A stretch of DNA of 64,000 bases from an uncultured Gammaproteobacteria bacterium (GTDB lineage Bacteria; Pseudomonadota; Gammaproteobacteria; GCA-002705445; GCA-002716945). Below are positions 37,933 to 50,942 of this stretch, in pieces. Within the stretch, counting starts at the first letter, position 1. The number at the start of each line of letters is the position of its first letter. The position numbers were made by a program, and so were the translations under genes. Below the pieces are notes generated by a model. It was not told the DNA's origin and ran no database searches. It saw only the letters and a program-made list of their open reading frames with translations. The stretch lies in assembly GCA_902628335.1 (NCBI GenBank), contig CACOMO010000001.1, forward strand, positions 109,313 to 173,312, read 5' to 3'.

Positions 37933-39616
37933 CTTTTTTAAGAGATTTAAGTTTTTCAACAAATTCAGAATCATAACTATCAGATGATATAACAGTTTGT
38001 ATTATCTTTTCATACTCATCAAAGAGAGAATTTTTTAAAAGTATTATACAGTGGTGTTCTACAATTTCCGGATCTTTGTCTTTCATAAAAGCAACTTTGG
38101 AGTATTTTAAAGCCTGAGAGTAGTCTCCTTGTTTATACAATACCCAACTCATACTATCAATTATCGCAGCGTTACCTGGGTCATGGCTATATGCCTCGGA
38201 AACATAATATGATGCGTCATCATATCTATCTGTGTGTATCGTGAGACTATAACCCAGTGCATTTAGAGTATTAGTATTCTTGCTATCAATACTGAGAATC
38301 TTCAAAAGGTCGTCTTCCATATGATCTATTTTATTCATAGATTCATATGCCATAGCTCTAGAGTACAATACGCTTATATCTCCGGGATTATCATCTAAGT
38401 ATCTAGACGTTATAGTAACTATGTCCTCAAATTTTTCCTTTTCTCTCAAAATTGAGATACTTTTCATCAAAATCCTCACCTGGTCAGCTTTAAGCTTTAG
38501 GTTGCCTCTAATCTCATCGAGATAGCTCAATGCTTTACTTGGCCCATTAAGTTTATCTAATGATGTCGCGATATTTATGTATGCAGGAATCTTTAAAGTA
38601 TAATCTTGAATTCTCTCAAAATGATATACTGACTCGACATAATTTTCTTTTTTAAGATAGAGTAGACCTCTCAAATATTCTATACGGTCATTGTTGACAA
38701 CTATAGTTGATAAGTATTTTTCCGAGAGATCATAGTAATTGTGATCATATAATAAACTAGAAATATCAAATAGAATATCAACATCAGTTGGCGAGATATC
38801 TACGATAGACTGTATTAATGGTTTTGCTTGAACAATTTTCTTTTGTGCCAGATAACTCTCAAGTAACTCTAGGCTAACTTGTTTATCTATTAGTTTTTTA
38901 CCATCCAAATATGTCTTTAGAACTTGCTCTGCCGATTCAGGTTCGTCAATCTGTAAATATGAGCTAGCAAGTAATCTAACAAGATTTCTATCGTTGTATG
39001 TTTGAATGTTGTTAATAAGATCAATGACCTCTTGTGACATATTATATGAATAAATTAACTCGATATACGAAATGGCTAAATCTCTTGAATAATTTGAATC
39101 TAGCTCTTTTTTTAGAAAACTCATTACGTTTAATCTATTTTTATTATCAATTAGATAAAAAAATAATCGAGAGAAATCTATTTTTGAAGATGATTCAGTT
39201 AAAACGAGATAATCTCTATAAAAACTTTGTGCTGCTACAAAGTCTCCATTCTCTAGAGATGAGATTAGACCAAACTTCAACGATTCCCGAGATTTTTCAA
39301 GTTTGTTCCAATATCTTGAAATTGTATGAGCATCGTCATATTGGTAACGTGATATTGCGAGCTTTGACATTTCTGAGAATAATTTAATGTCTCTAGTGAC
39401 CTGAATATCTCTCAAAAATACATTCAAAGCTTGTGTCTGCTGATTTTTCTGTAATGCAATCCTAAGGTATATTGAATTGAATAATCTTTGATATTTAGGA
39501 TCATCAAAGTTTTTAATAGATATTATCCCAGTTTCATTTGAATCAGTATCGTGACTGGAGGTGCATCCTGCTAGACTAACTATGAAAAAAAAAGCTAAAA
39601 ATTTCAAATATTTCAT
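37919..39616 (-). CDS. TPR-repeat lipoprotein (counterpart of the TPR gene between hemA and lolB in Pseudomonas)
   Basis: About 565 aa. Has a lipobox (MKYLKFLAFFFIVSLAGCTSS) and multiple TPR-like repeats. Its position is divergent from hemA. The start is trimmed to M8 (39616). Confidence 0.72.
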   Translation of the reverse strand: MKYLKFLAFFFIVSLAGCTSSHDTDSNETGIISIKNFDDPKYQRLFNSIYLRIALQKNQQTQALNVFLRDIQVTRDIKLFSEMSKLAISRYQYDDAHTISRYWNKLEKSRESLKFGLISSLENGDFVAAQSFYRDYLVLTESSSKIDFSRLFFYLIDNKNRLNVMSFLKKELDSNYSRDLAISYIELIYSYNMSQEVIDLINNIQTYNDRNLVRLLASSYLQIDEPESAEQVLKTYLDGKKLIDKQVSLELLESYLAQKKIVQAKPLIQSIVDISPTDVDILFDISSLLYDHNYYDLSEKYLSTIVVNNDRIEYLRGLLYLKKENYVESVYHFERIQDYTLKIPAYINIATSLDKLNGPSKALSYLDEIRGNLKLKADQVRILMKSISILREKEKFEDIVTITSRYLDDNPGDISVLYSRAMAYESMNKIDHMEDDLLKILSIDSKNTNTLNALGYSLTIHTDRYDDASYYVSEAYSHDPGNAAIIDSMSWVLYKQGDYSQALKYSKVAFMKDKDPEIVEHHCIILLKNSLFDEYEKIIQTVISSDSYDSEFVEKLKSLKKDESI

Positions 39617-39675
39617 GATAATAGTATAATATAGCACATAAGGAATTAAACAGGTTGAATACTGGAGAGAGAGCC

Positions 39676-40917
39676 ATGACCATCAATGTACTTGGTATTA
39701 ACCATAAAACAACACCTATAGGAATTAGGGAAAAGTTAGTTTTTGATAAAAAATCTGTCTCTCAGGCACTTAAAGACATTAATAAAATTAAGGGTGTAAA
39801 TGAAGTAGTCGTACTTTCAACTTGCAACAGGACAGAAATATACACAGAAAATGATAAGGACAATTCTCAAGTCATTACATGGCTAAGAAACCAGAATTCT
39901 TCCGTAGATATTACTTCTTACACATATAACCACTATGATGATGACGCAATAAAACATCTATTCAATGTAACTTCTGGAATTGATTCTATGGTGATCGGTG
40001 AAAACGAAATTCTGGGCCAAGTGAAAAATGCTTTCAAGATTGCCGATGATCAAAATACTGTCAAGACAACGCTCAAACGCTTATTCGAGTATTCATTTAA
40101 TGTCGCAAAACAGGTCAGAACTGACACAGACATAGGCTCTAATCCAGTATCCTTTATGTTTACTGCTATGAGCCTTATAAAAAAGATCTTCAGTAAACTT
40201 GAGTCAAAGAGTGCTACGGTTCTGGGTTCAGGACACATGAGTCAACTTGCTATTAAATACCTACAATCTCACGGTATATCCAATATTAGACTCACTAACC
40301 ATACACCTGAAAAAGGTAAAAAGGTCGCTGATGACAATAACTGTGTATACTCAAAAATTCAATACTTGGGCAATCTTATTTCTTCAAGTGATATAGTTAT
40401 CTCTTCAACATCAAGCTCAACTCCAGTAATCGGTAAAGGTTTAATAGAAAGTTGTCTTAAATCAGCTACAAACCTTCCGCTTGTAATTATTGATCTAGGT
40501 GTTCCAAGAGATGTCGAGCCTGAAATTGCAAAACTGGATAATGTATATTTGTATAGTATTGATGATTTAGGGAAAGCAATAAAAAACAATTTTAAAATAA
40601 GAGAGAATGCATTAGATGAGGCAAATAAGATAATCTCCTTTAAAATCTCTGAATTTAAAAAATGGCTAAATACGAATCAATCAAATGATCTTATAAGAAC
40701 ATACAGGAACTACATAGATGATATTACTCTTGGTGCTGTCATCAAAGCAAAAAAGCAAATCCAATCAGGTGAAAATTTAGATCGATGTCTGATGCAATTA
40801 GCAGATTCATTAAAAAATAAATTAACTCATCAGACAACTTCACAAATGAGAGATCTACTACCACTTCTAGATGAAATTACCGCTAAGAAAGCAAAAGAAA
40901 TTTTTAAGAAAAAATAA
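39676..40917 (+). CDS. hemA: Glutamyl-tRNA reductase
   Basis: Begins MTINVLGINHKTTPIGIREK, with the active-site motif STCNRTEIY. ATG 39676 is preceded by GGAGAG. The track start at 39655 is a TTG 7 codons upstream. Confidence 0.9.
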   Translation: MTINVLGINHKTTPIGIREKLVFDKKSVSQALKDINKIKGVNEVVVLSTCNRTEIYTENDKDNSQVITWLRNQNSSVDITSYTYNHYDDDAIKHLFNVTSGIDSMVIGENEILGQVKNAFKIADDQNTVKTTLKRLFEYSFNVAKQVRTDTDIGSNPVSFMFTAMSLIKKIFSKLESKSATVLGSGHMSQLAIKYLQSHGISNIRLTNHTPEKGKKVADDNNCVYSKIQYLGNLISSSDIVISSTSSSTPVIGKGLIESCLKSATNLPLVIIDLGVPRDVEPEIAKLDNVYLYSIDDLGKAIKNNFKIRENALDEANKIISFKISEFKKWLNTNQSNDLIRTYRNYIDDITLGAVIKAKKQIQSGENLDRCLMQLADSLKNKLTHQTTSQMRDLLPLLDEITAKKAKEIFKKK

Positions 40918-40933
40918 ACTTCGTCAATAGATC

Positions 40934-42022
40934 ATGGACTTAGAAAATATTGAAAAAGAATTCTCTGGTCACTCAAAAGTTTTTATAGCATTAAAGGAAA
41001 TTTTTCTAAGGCATCAGGAAATTAATACATTGCTTGAAGATCCAAAAACATACGAGGATCACAAGCTGTCAGAAAAGCTTAATAAAGAAAGAGCTGAATT
41101 AGATAGACCTGCAAAACACTTTAAAGAATATGCCGAATTAGTAGAAACAATTATTAATACAAAAAATATCATCGATAATGAAAGCGATGAGGATATCAAG
41201 CAACTCGCTAAAGACGAGATCTTGAAAGATCAAGAGTTGAAGCAAAAACTTGAAATTATATTAACTGATTTAATTACTAAGACTGATCCTAATGATTCAA
41301 GGGATATTTTTTTAGAGATACGCGCAGGGACAGGTGGTGACGAAGCGGCAATATTTGCAGGTGATTTATATAGAATGTATACAAAATTTACAGAGAAAAA
41401 TTCCTGGTCTAGTGAAATTATTTCGTTGACTGAGGGTGATCATGGAGGCTACAAAGAAATTATTATCAAGATCACTGGTTCAAATGTATATGGTGAAATG
41501 AAATTTGAATCAGGAACTCACAGAGTCCAAAGAGTACCTGAAACTGAAACACAAGGAAGAGTTCACACCTCCGCTGCAACGATCGCTGTTTTACCTGTCG
41601 TCCAGACTATCGATGAAGTCCAAATCAATAATAACGATCTCAGAATCGATACTTACAGAGCCTCAGGGGCTGGAGGACAACATGTTAATAAAACTGATTC
41701 AGCTGTTAGAATCACTCATCTTCCAACAGGTACTGTCGCTGAATGTCAAGATGGAAGATCTCAGCACAAAAATAAATCTCAGGCACTAGAAATTCTATAC
41801 TCGAAATTATTAGTACAGGAACAAGATCAACAAAAACGTGAAACAGCTGAGGAGAGGAAATCACTTGTAGGGAGTGGCGACCGATCGGAGAGAATAAGAA
41901 CATATAATTTTCCACAAGGGAGAGTTACAGATCATAGGATAAACCTTACTCTATATAAACTAGAGCAAATTCTTGAGGGTAATATTGAGCCTGTAGTCGA
42001 TGAACTTAAAAAATCTCTTTAA
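40934..42022 (+). CDS. prfA: Peptide chain release factor 1
   Basis: 362 aa with the GGQ motif ([11 protein letters not shown]) and the P-x-T tripeptide region ([10 protein letters not shown]). Confidence 0.95.
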   Translation: MDLENIEKEFSGHSKVFIALKEIFLRHQEINTLLEDPKTYEDHKLSEKLNKERAELDRPAKHFKEYAELVETIINTKNIIDNESDEDIKQLAKDEILKDQELKQKLEIILTDLITKTDPNDSRDIFLEIRAGTGGDEAAIFAGDLYRMYTKFTEKNSWSSEIISLTEGDHGGYKEIIIKITGSNVYGEMKFESGTHRVQRVPETETQGRVHTSAATIAVLPVVQTIDEVQINNNDLRIDTYRASGAGGQHVNKTDSAVRITHLPTGTVAECQDGRSQHKNKSQALEILYSKLLVQEQDQQKRETAEERKSLVGSGDRSERIRTYNFPQGRVTDHRINLTLYKLEQILEGNIEPVVDELKKSL

Positions 42023-42027
42023 TTAGT

Positions 42028-42873
42028 ATGCAAAGATTAACAATAGAACAAAATCTTGAGAACTCTAAAACGAGAGTGAAAAAAAATGATATAGAATATT
42101 GCTTAATGGATTGTTTAGGTAAAGATAGAGCATTCTTACATACACAAAAAAAATATTTACTTACTGATGAGGAACAAATTAAATTTAATGCGCAAGTTGA
42201 TAAACTTAAAAAATCAATCCCACTTGCATATATCACAGGTTTTCAACCTTTTTATAACAATAATTTTGTAGTCACTCCTCATGTTCTTATTCCAAGACCT
42301 GAGACAGAAATTCTTGTAGAGGAAGTTATTAAAACTGGAGAGAAAATATACGCTGAAAAACAATCAGTTAAGATTCTAGATTTAGGTGCTGGATCTGGTT
42401 GTATTGGATTATCGATCGCTGCTGAAAAACCAAAATGGAATATATGCTTAAGTGATTTTAAAAAAGAAATAGCGAATATAATATATGAGAATAAAATTCG
42501 GTTAAATATAAAAAACTGCGTTATCACGGTAGGAAATTGGCTTACCGCATTCTCGGAAGATAGTTTTGATATCATAGTGTCTAATCCACCATATATTGAT
42601 AAGACATCAGATATGATTGGGGATAATGTAAGAGAATTTGAACCTAGTTATGCTCTTTTTGCAGATAATAGTGGGTTATCATACATTAAAGAAATAATAG
42701 TATCGTCAAAAATGTCTCTTAAAAATAATGGTTACCTATTCATCGAAAATGGCTTTGATCAATCAGAAGAAATTAGATGCTTTCTGGACAAACACGATTT
42801 TAAAGACATTAAAGTTTTATTAGATTATAATGACATCTGCAGATTTATTAAATGCAGGCACAAAAATGGATAA
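42028..42873 (+). CDS. prmC: Release-factor glutamine N5-methyltransferase
   Basis: 281 aa with ILDLGAGSGCIG and NPPYI motifs. Conserved prfA-prmC pair. Confidence 0.9.
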   Translation: MQRLTIEQNLENSKTRVKKNDIEYCLMDCLGKDRAFLHTQKKYLLTDEEQIKFNAQVDKLKKSIPLAYITGFQPFYNNNFVVTPHVLIPRPETEILVEEVIKTGEKIYAEKQSVKILDLGAGSGCIGLSIAAEKPKWNICLSDFKKEIANIIYENKIRLNIKNCVITVGNWLTAFSEDSFDIIVSNPPYIDKTSDMIGDNVREFEPSYALFADNSGLSYIKEIIVSSKMSLKNNGYLFIENGFDQSEEIRCFLDKHDFKDIKVLLDYNDICRFIKCRHKNG

Positions 42874-43147
42874 AAAAACAGTTTCAAAAATTGCTGATTT
42901 AGCAAAGATACACATTGACGATAGTCAAATTGATAATATCGTTAATAATCTCGAAAAAATTCTGGATTTAGTTGACGAAATGAATTCAGTCAATACAGAA
43001 AACATTGCGCCCATGTCACACCCACTAAATCTTAAACAAGGATTGAGAGTGGATGAAGTTACTGAAAATAATTTACGTGATACATTTCAGAAGAATAGTA
43101 GTTCTTCCGAGAATGGTTATTATAAAGTTCCAAAAATCATAGATTAG
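42866..43147 (+). CDS. gatC: Asp/Glu-tRNA amidotransferase subunit C
   Basis: 93 aa from ATG 42866 ([17 protein letters not shown]). Overlaps prmC by 8 nt. The track extension lies inside prmC. Confidence 0.85.
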   Translation: MDKKTVSKIADLAKIHIDDSQIDNIVNNLEKILDLVDEMNSVNTENIAPMSHPLNLKQGLRVDEVTENNLRDTFQKNSSSSENGYYKVPKIID

Positions 43148-43148
43148 T

Positions 43149-44596
43149 ATGAACGAAAAAACACTAATAGAGTTAAGAGAAGATATTAGATCAAAAAAAA
43201 TCAGTTCAACTGAGCTTACTAAATTTTATCTGAATCGAATAAGAAAACATGACAAAAAACTAAATAGTTTCATAACTGTAACAGAGGAGCATGCTTTAAA
43301 CAGAGCTAAGATTGCTGATGCAGAAATTGCAAAAGGTGAAGTAAAAAAATTAACTGGAATACCGATTGCTCAGAAGGACATATTTTGTACGAAAGGGGTC
43401 AAAACAACTTGTGGCTCCAAGATGTTAAGTAATTTTATAAGCCCTTATGACGCCACAGTAATAGAGAAATTAAACAACGAAGGTTCCATCATGATCGGAA
43501 AAACTAATATGGATGAATTTGCTATGGGTTCTTCAAATGAAACTAGTCACTTTGGAAATGTTCATAATCCTTGGGATCTCAAGTGTGTACCTGGAGGTTC
43601 GTCTGGAGGATCAGCAGCATCCGTTGCAGCGGGTTTAACTCCATGCGCTACTGGCACCGACACTGGAGGGTCAATACGTCAACCTGCTTCTCTCACTGGA
43701 ATATGTGGATTAAAACCGACCTATGGAAGAGTGTCAAGATACGGAATGATTGCTTTTGCATCCAGTCTTGATCAAGCTGGAATTTTTGCTAGAACCGCAG
43801 AGGATTGTGCGCTACTACTCAGTTGTATGTCAGGTTATGACAGCAAAGATTCTACATCATCAAAAAAAGATATACCCGATTATTTAGAAGAATGTCGTAA
43901 TTTAAATTCAACAAAAAAAATTGGGGTCCCAGTTGAATTTTTACAAGATTTAGATGGAGGCGTTGCAAAAGTTTTTCATGAAGCAGTAAAAGAGTTAGAA
44001 AAAATGAATTATGAGATCGTTGACATAAGCTTAAAATCCTCCAAGTTAGGTGTGTCCGCTTATCAAGTCGTAGCCCCTGCAGAATGTTCGTCGAATCTAT
44101 CAAGGTATGATGGCGTAAGATTTGGTCACAGAGCAGATAACGTAAAGGACATCTCAGAACTTTATAAAAAATCAAGGTCTGAGGGCTTTGGTAATGAAGT
44201 CAAAAGAAGGATTTTGGTTGGAACGTACGCTCTTTCTGCCGGTTATTACGATGCATATTACCTAAAAGCTCAAAAAATAAGAAGCCTAATATCAAGTGAA
44301 TTTAATGCTGCCTTTAAGAATGTTGACTTAATAATTGGGCCAACAGCTCCTGATGTTGCATTTAAAATTGGTGAGAAATTAAATGATCCGATTGCAATGT
44401 ATTTATCTGACGTCTATACAGTTAGCACTAATCTTGCAGGTCTTCCAGCAATATCGATTCCAATGGGCTTCAAAAATAACCTGCCTCTTGGATTGCAAGT
44501 AATAGGTAACCATTTTGAAGAATCACGGTTATTATCTCTTGCTCGTCAATTTCAAGAAGTGACTGACTGGCACAAAAGACAGCCGGGTGAGTTTAA

Positions 44597-44600
<4 letters not shown>
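43149..44600 (+). CDS. gatA: Asp/Glu-tRNA amidotransferase subunit A
   Basis: 483 aa with the amidase signature [12 protein letters not shown]...[12 protein letters not shown]. Confidence 0.95.
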
Positions 44601-47091
<2,491 letters not shown>

Positions 47092-47109
47092 CGAGACTGT
47101 ACAATCCTC

Positions 47110-47958
47110 ATGGAACGAATCTATAAGAAAAGCACTAAAGATTTTTATACCTTAATTCTATTATCATTATTATCTATTTCTATGATCATTATTGATCACA
47201 AGTATAATCAGGCTGATTATGCTCGTTCGTTTATTAACGATATTATTATTTACCCACTCTACAATATTTCATCTCTTCCAAGGAATGTCATCATTTCATT
47301 TATGCAGGAGTATCAAGATATAGACATGCTTGAAAATGAAATAAAAAAACTCAAAGCAGAAAATATGTCTTTAAAGATTAAATTACAAGAATTTGATTCA
47401 CTCAAAGAAGAGAATGAGAGGCTTCTTGCCATTGAGAAAAAATCACTTGCTTCGACAAAAAAGCAAAAGATTGCGAAAGTTTTAAATAATTCCGCTAGCC
47501 CAACAAGGAAAATTGCAATTATAGACAAAGGACAGAATGATGGCTTATATAAAGGACAGAACGTAATAGGCATCAATGGATTAATTGGTCAAATAGTAGA
47601 ATTAAATACAATGTCATCTAAAATCATTCTAATCAATGATATTAATCATAATGTGCCTGGAACAATAAGTAGAACTGGTGAAAAGGTTATTGTAGCTGGT
47701 AGTAGCAGGAGTAGCAATCTCATGGTGCAATTCACTCCGATAGATACTGAGATTAAAATTGGCGATATAGTCACTACCTCTGGTGTTGCAGGAAGATTTA
47801 AATCGAATATTCCCATTGGTAAAGTGGTCTCCATTACGAAAGACCCTGAAAAAAAATTTAGTGACATCGATGTGAAAGCTTTTGAAAATTTGGATAACCT
47901 ATCAGATGTCATATTAATATGGGACTATCAACCATCAATAGAAACTGAGAATGAATAG
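47110..47958 (+). CDS. mreC: Rod-shape-determining protein MreC
   Basis: 282 aa with an N-terminal TM, a coiled coil (ENEIKKLKAENMSLKIKLQE) and a beta-rich C-terminal domain. Follows mreB. Confidence 0.85.
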   Translation: MERIYKKSTKDFYTLILLSLLSISMIIIDHKYNQADYARSFINDIIIYPLYNISSLPRNVIISFMQEYQDIDMLENEIKKLKAENMSLKIKLQEFDSLKEENERLLAIEKKSLASTKKQKIAKVLNNSASPTRKIAIIDKGQNDGLYKGQNVIGINGLIGQIVELNTMSSKIILINDINHNVPGTISRTGEKVIVAGSSRSSNLMVQFTPIDTEIKIGDIVTTSGVAGRFKSNIPIGKVVSITKDPEKKFSDIDVKAFENLDNLSDVILIWDYQPSIETENE

Positions 47959-48418
47959 CCCACTAGTTATAATATTATCAACTTTTTTATCTGTAATTCT
48001 AACGATCTCAACATTTCCCCTTGGTTACTTTTCACCAGATTGGATTTTTTTGGTCATCGTCTACTGGATTATTGCAGTACCAAATATGTATAATTTTTTT
48101 GTAATTTGGCTCATAGGCATAATCACAGATGTAGCATTAGGTTCAACATTAGGTATGAATGCTTTAATGTATGTATTCCTCTCGTTCATCGTCAAAAGAT
48201 TATATAAGTCCTTGAGATACTTTACGGTTATCCAACAAAGTATTATAGTTTTAATTTTAATGATACTAAAAATAACTTTTCTTTTGTGGATTGATGCCAT
48301 GCTGAGTAGTGATATTTATTCAGCTTACATGTACTGGACAACACTTACAAGCGCATTTATTTGGCCAGTCATATTTTATAGTTTAAGATATTTTAGAAGA
48401 AGATATAATATTGCATGA
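47951..48418 (+). CDS. mreD: Rod-shape-determining protein MreD
   Basis: 155 aa multi-TM protein. Overlaps mreC by 8 nt, in the canonical position. Confidence 0.75.
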   Translation: MNSPLVIILSTFLSVILTISTFPLGYFSPDWIFLVIVYWIIAVPNMYNFFVIWLIGIITDVALGSTLGMNALMYVFLSFIVKRLYKSLRYFTVIQQSIIVLILMILKITFLLWIDAMLSSDIYSAYMYWTTLTSAFIWPVIFYSLRYFRRRYNIA

Positions 48419-49095
48419 TAAAAGTTACGTTCGATAACGAATGTGCAGATCAAGGACAAAATATTAAAAATATTATTGATCAGTCACATCTAGCTAATAT
48501 TGAACAAGATCTAGAATTAAGTATCAATCTGAAAAATATATCATTTCTGAATTATGAAACGTCACCTCCATCAAAAGTCCAGATTACTGAAACCGAGAAT
48601 ATAAAAGGTAGTTCGCTGATTTATAAATTATTCCCAGAAAAGAATGCAAGAATTCTAGACTGCACTGGTGGTTTTGGCAAAGATGCCCTGGAATTTTCAA
48701 AATTGGGCTATAAAGTAACTATGATTGAGGAGAACCCTCTTGTTATATCTATGCTCAGAAACTTCTTCGATAATAATAAAAAAATTAATATTACCCTAAA
48801 GTATGGGAACTCTCTAGATTATTTGAGACTGTCACCTAATACTTTCGATTATATTTTCATTGATTCTATGTTTAAAAAGATAAAAAATAAATCTAAACCG
48901 AAAAAGAAAATGGAAATTCTACAATACATATGTAAAGAGAGAATATGTCGTTTTAACCTTATTAAAGAGGCTTTAAATTGTTCTTGCAAGAGAATTGTTA
49001 TCAAAGAAAGTTTAAATTCATCTTTGAAATATAATTATGATTACTCTATCGCAACAAAACTAGTCAGATATAATATACTGAAAGGTAATACATAG
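48415..49095 (+). CDS. rsmJ: SAM-dependent 16S rRNA m2G1516 methyltransferase RsmJ-like
   Basis: 226 aa. The segment ILDCTGGFGKDALEFSKLGYKVTMIEENP resembles the RsmJ (DUF548) SAM pocket. Confidence 0.65.
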   Translation: MIKVTFDNECADQGQNIKNIIDQSHLANIEQDLELSINLKNISFLNYETSPPSKVQITETENIKGSSLIYKLFPEKNARILDCTGGFGKDALEFSKLGYKVTMIEENPLVISMLRNFFDNNKKINITLKYGNSLDYLRLSPNTFDYIFIDSMFKKIKNKSKPKKKMEILQYICKERICRFNLIKEALNCSCKRIVIKESLNSSLKYNYDYSIATKLVRYNILKGNT

Positions 49096-49101
49096 GTAGT
49101 C

Positions 49102-49581
49102 ATGGTCGTACAATCTTTTTTTTCTAAGAAACTTAACGTGATAATCAAAAACCTTAAGTTTAGTAAAATAATATATATATCAGAAAAGTGTGATGAATAT
49201 ATAATTAATTCTCTAGCAAACAGTATTGAGTCAGTGGAAATAAGAAAACATATCAACCAGATAAAAGACTCCATCAATAAAAAGGATCTTATCATATTAG
49301 AAGTAGATGAAATACAGTTTAGTAAAGAAATGCTTTTTGATATAGCTAATCTCAGAACCTATCATCAAACAAATCTAATAGTTCTTGTGAAACATCAGAA
49401 TAATCTTACAAACAATAAATTTCATGAAACTCTCATGTCATATGGATTTAAAAAACTTTTTGGTGAGAAATTACAAAATATATTTTATGATCTTTATGAA
49501 TATAATATAATTGATTATAAAATAAAGCCAGAGTGGCTCAATAGTGACTACTGGGCTAATCCTGAGTTATGGAAAAAGTAA
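49102..49581 (+). CDS. Conserved-looking hypothetical protein
   Basis: 159 aa. The C-terminal YKIKPEWLNSDYWANPELW segment resembles a motif I recall from gammaproteobacterial hypotheticals. The family is not certain. Confidence 0.45.
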   Translation: MVVQSFFSKKLNVIIKNLKFSKIIYISEKCDEYIINSLANSIESVEIRKHINQIKDSINKKDLIILEVDEIQFSKEMLFDIANLRTYHQTNLIVLVKHQNNLTNNKFHETLMSYGFKKLFGEKLQNIFYDLYEYNIIDYKIKPEWLNSDYWANPELWKK

Positions 49582-49800
49582 ATGGAAGAAAATATTAAAA
49601 AAGAAATTATGGATCAACTAGCTGATTCAGAAGTGATAGTAGAAGGCGGTGATTCAAAATTCACTGTGCATGTCAAAAGCGACAGCTTTATTGGAAAAAC
49701 AATTATCCAGCAACACAAAATAATTTATGCTATTTTGAATAAGTATATTGAGACAGGAGAAATTCACGCATTGACTTTAAAAACTAAACCTAAAACATGA
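49582..49800 (+). CDS. BolA/IbaG-family protein
   Basis: 72 aa with a BolA-type HALTLKT C-terminal motif. The start abuts the upstream stop. Confidence 0.72.
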   Translation: MEENIKKEIMDQLADSEVIVEGGDSKFTVHVKSDSFIGKTIIQQHKIIYAILNKYIETGEIHALTLKTKPKT

Positions 49801-50879
49801 AGTCAGTAAATATTTCTCATACAATTAAGCTTAACAGAAAAATAATACACATTGATATGGACTCCTTCTACGCGTCTGTTGAAATAGCCGAGAAACCACA
49901 TTTGAGAGAAAAACCAGTAGCTGTTGCTGGAAGTAGTGCATCACGAGGTGTAATAACAACATGTAACTATGAAGCCAGGAAATATGGTGTAAGATCTGCT
50001 ATGCCATCTATTACAGCAAAAAAGCTATGTCCCGAAATAATATTTATCCCTGTGCATATGGAAAAATATAGAAGTATTTCCAAAGAAATCCATAAAATAT
50101 TTAAATGCTATACAAAAATTATTGAACCAATATCTCTAGATGAGGCATATTTAGATGTAACAAATGCCAAATATTGTGGGGGTAATCCGATACAGATGGC
50201 ATCACAGATACGAGGTAAGATATTCAATGATTTAAAAATAACAGCATCCGCAGGGATAGCTCCTAATAAATTTTTATCTAAAATTGCTAGTGAATGGAAT
50301 AAGCCTAATGGTCAGTATTGTATTACAGATAATATGATAGATAAATTCATGCTGTCCCTACCAATAAGGAAAATAGTAGGAGTAGGAGAAAAAACAGAAA
50401 AAAAACTCAACAGTATTGGAGTTAAAACATGTGGGGATTTACAAAAAATCACTTTAATAAATCTGGAATCTAACTTTGGAAAATTTGGTTATACTTTGTT
50501 TGATCTTTGTCGAGGAATAGATACTAGAGATGTAGAATCTGATAGAGAATCTAAAAGTCTAAGTGTAGAGGATACTTATGCAATTGATTTAAAATCAAAA
50601 GAAAAATGTATGATCGAACTTTCAAAAATATATGAGAAACTTCAGCAAAGATTATGTGAGGATAAATACACTGATAAGAAAATTAAATCCTGTTTCATAA
50701 AAGTCAAATATAATGATTTCAAAGTAACTAGTCACCAAACTGTGTGCGTGATACCAAAAATTGAAAACTACATGAAATTACTCGATAAGGCAATAGAAAA
50801 AAAGAATAAACCGATAAGACTACTAGGTGTAGGTGTGATCTTCGATAACAGACCTCAACTTAACTTAAATATCTACTAA
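49797..50879 (+). CDS. dinB: DNA polymerase IV (Y-family)
   Basis: 360 aa with IIHIDMDSFYASVE, SLDEAYLDVT and GVGEKTEKKL motifs. Confidence 0.9.
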   Translation: MKSVNISHTIKLNRKIIHIDMDSFYASVEIAEKPHLREKPVAVAGSSASRGVITTCNYEARKYGVRSAMPSITAKKLCPEIIFIPVHMEKYRSISKEIHKIFKCYTKIIEPISLDEAYLDVTNAKYCGGNPIQMASQIRGKIFNDLKITASAGIAPNKFLSKIASEWNKPNGQYCITDNMIDKFMLSLPIRKIVGVGEKTEKKLNSIGVKTCGDLQKITLINLESNFGKFGYTLFDLCRGIDTRDVESDRESKSLSVEDTYAIDLKSKEKCMIELSKIYEKLQQRLCEDKYTDKKIKSCFIKVKYNDFKVTSHQTVCVIPKIENYMKLLDKAIEKKNKPIRLLGVGVIFDNRPQLNLNIY

Positions 50880-50942
50880 ATATTACTAGCAATATTATTT
50901 TTTTTTACATATGATAAATATTACTTGATTAAGGGGATATAA

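Noticed and set aside
50879-50906. A candidate intrinsic terminator after dinB (AATATT-ACTAGC-AATATT followed by a T9 run).
   Set aside because: The stem is only six A:T pairs and is predicted to be very unstable. The T-run is common in this AT-rich genome. This is not enough to call a terminator.
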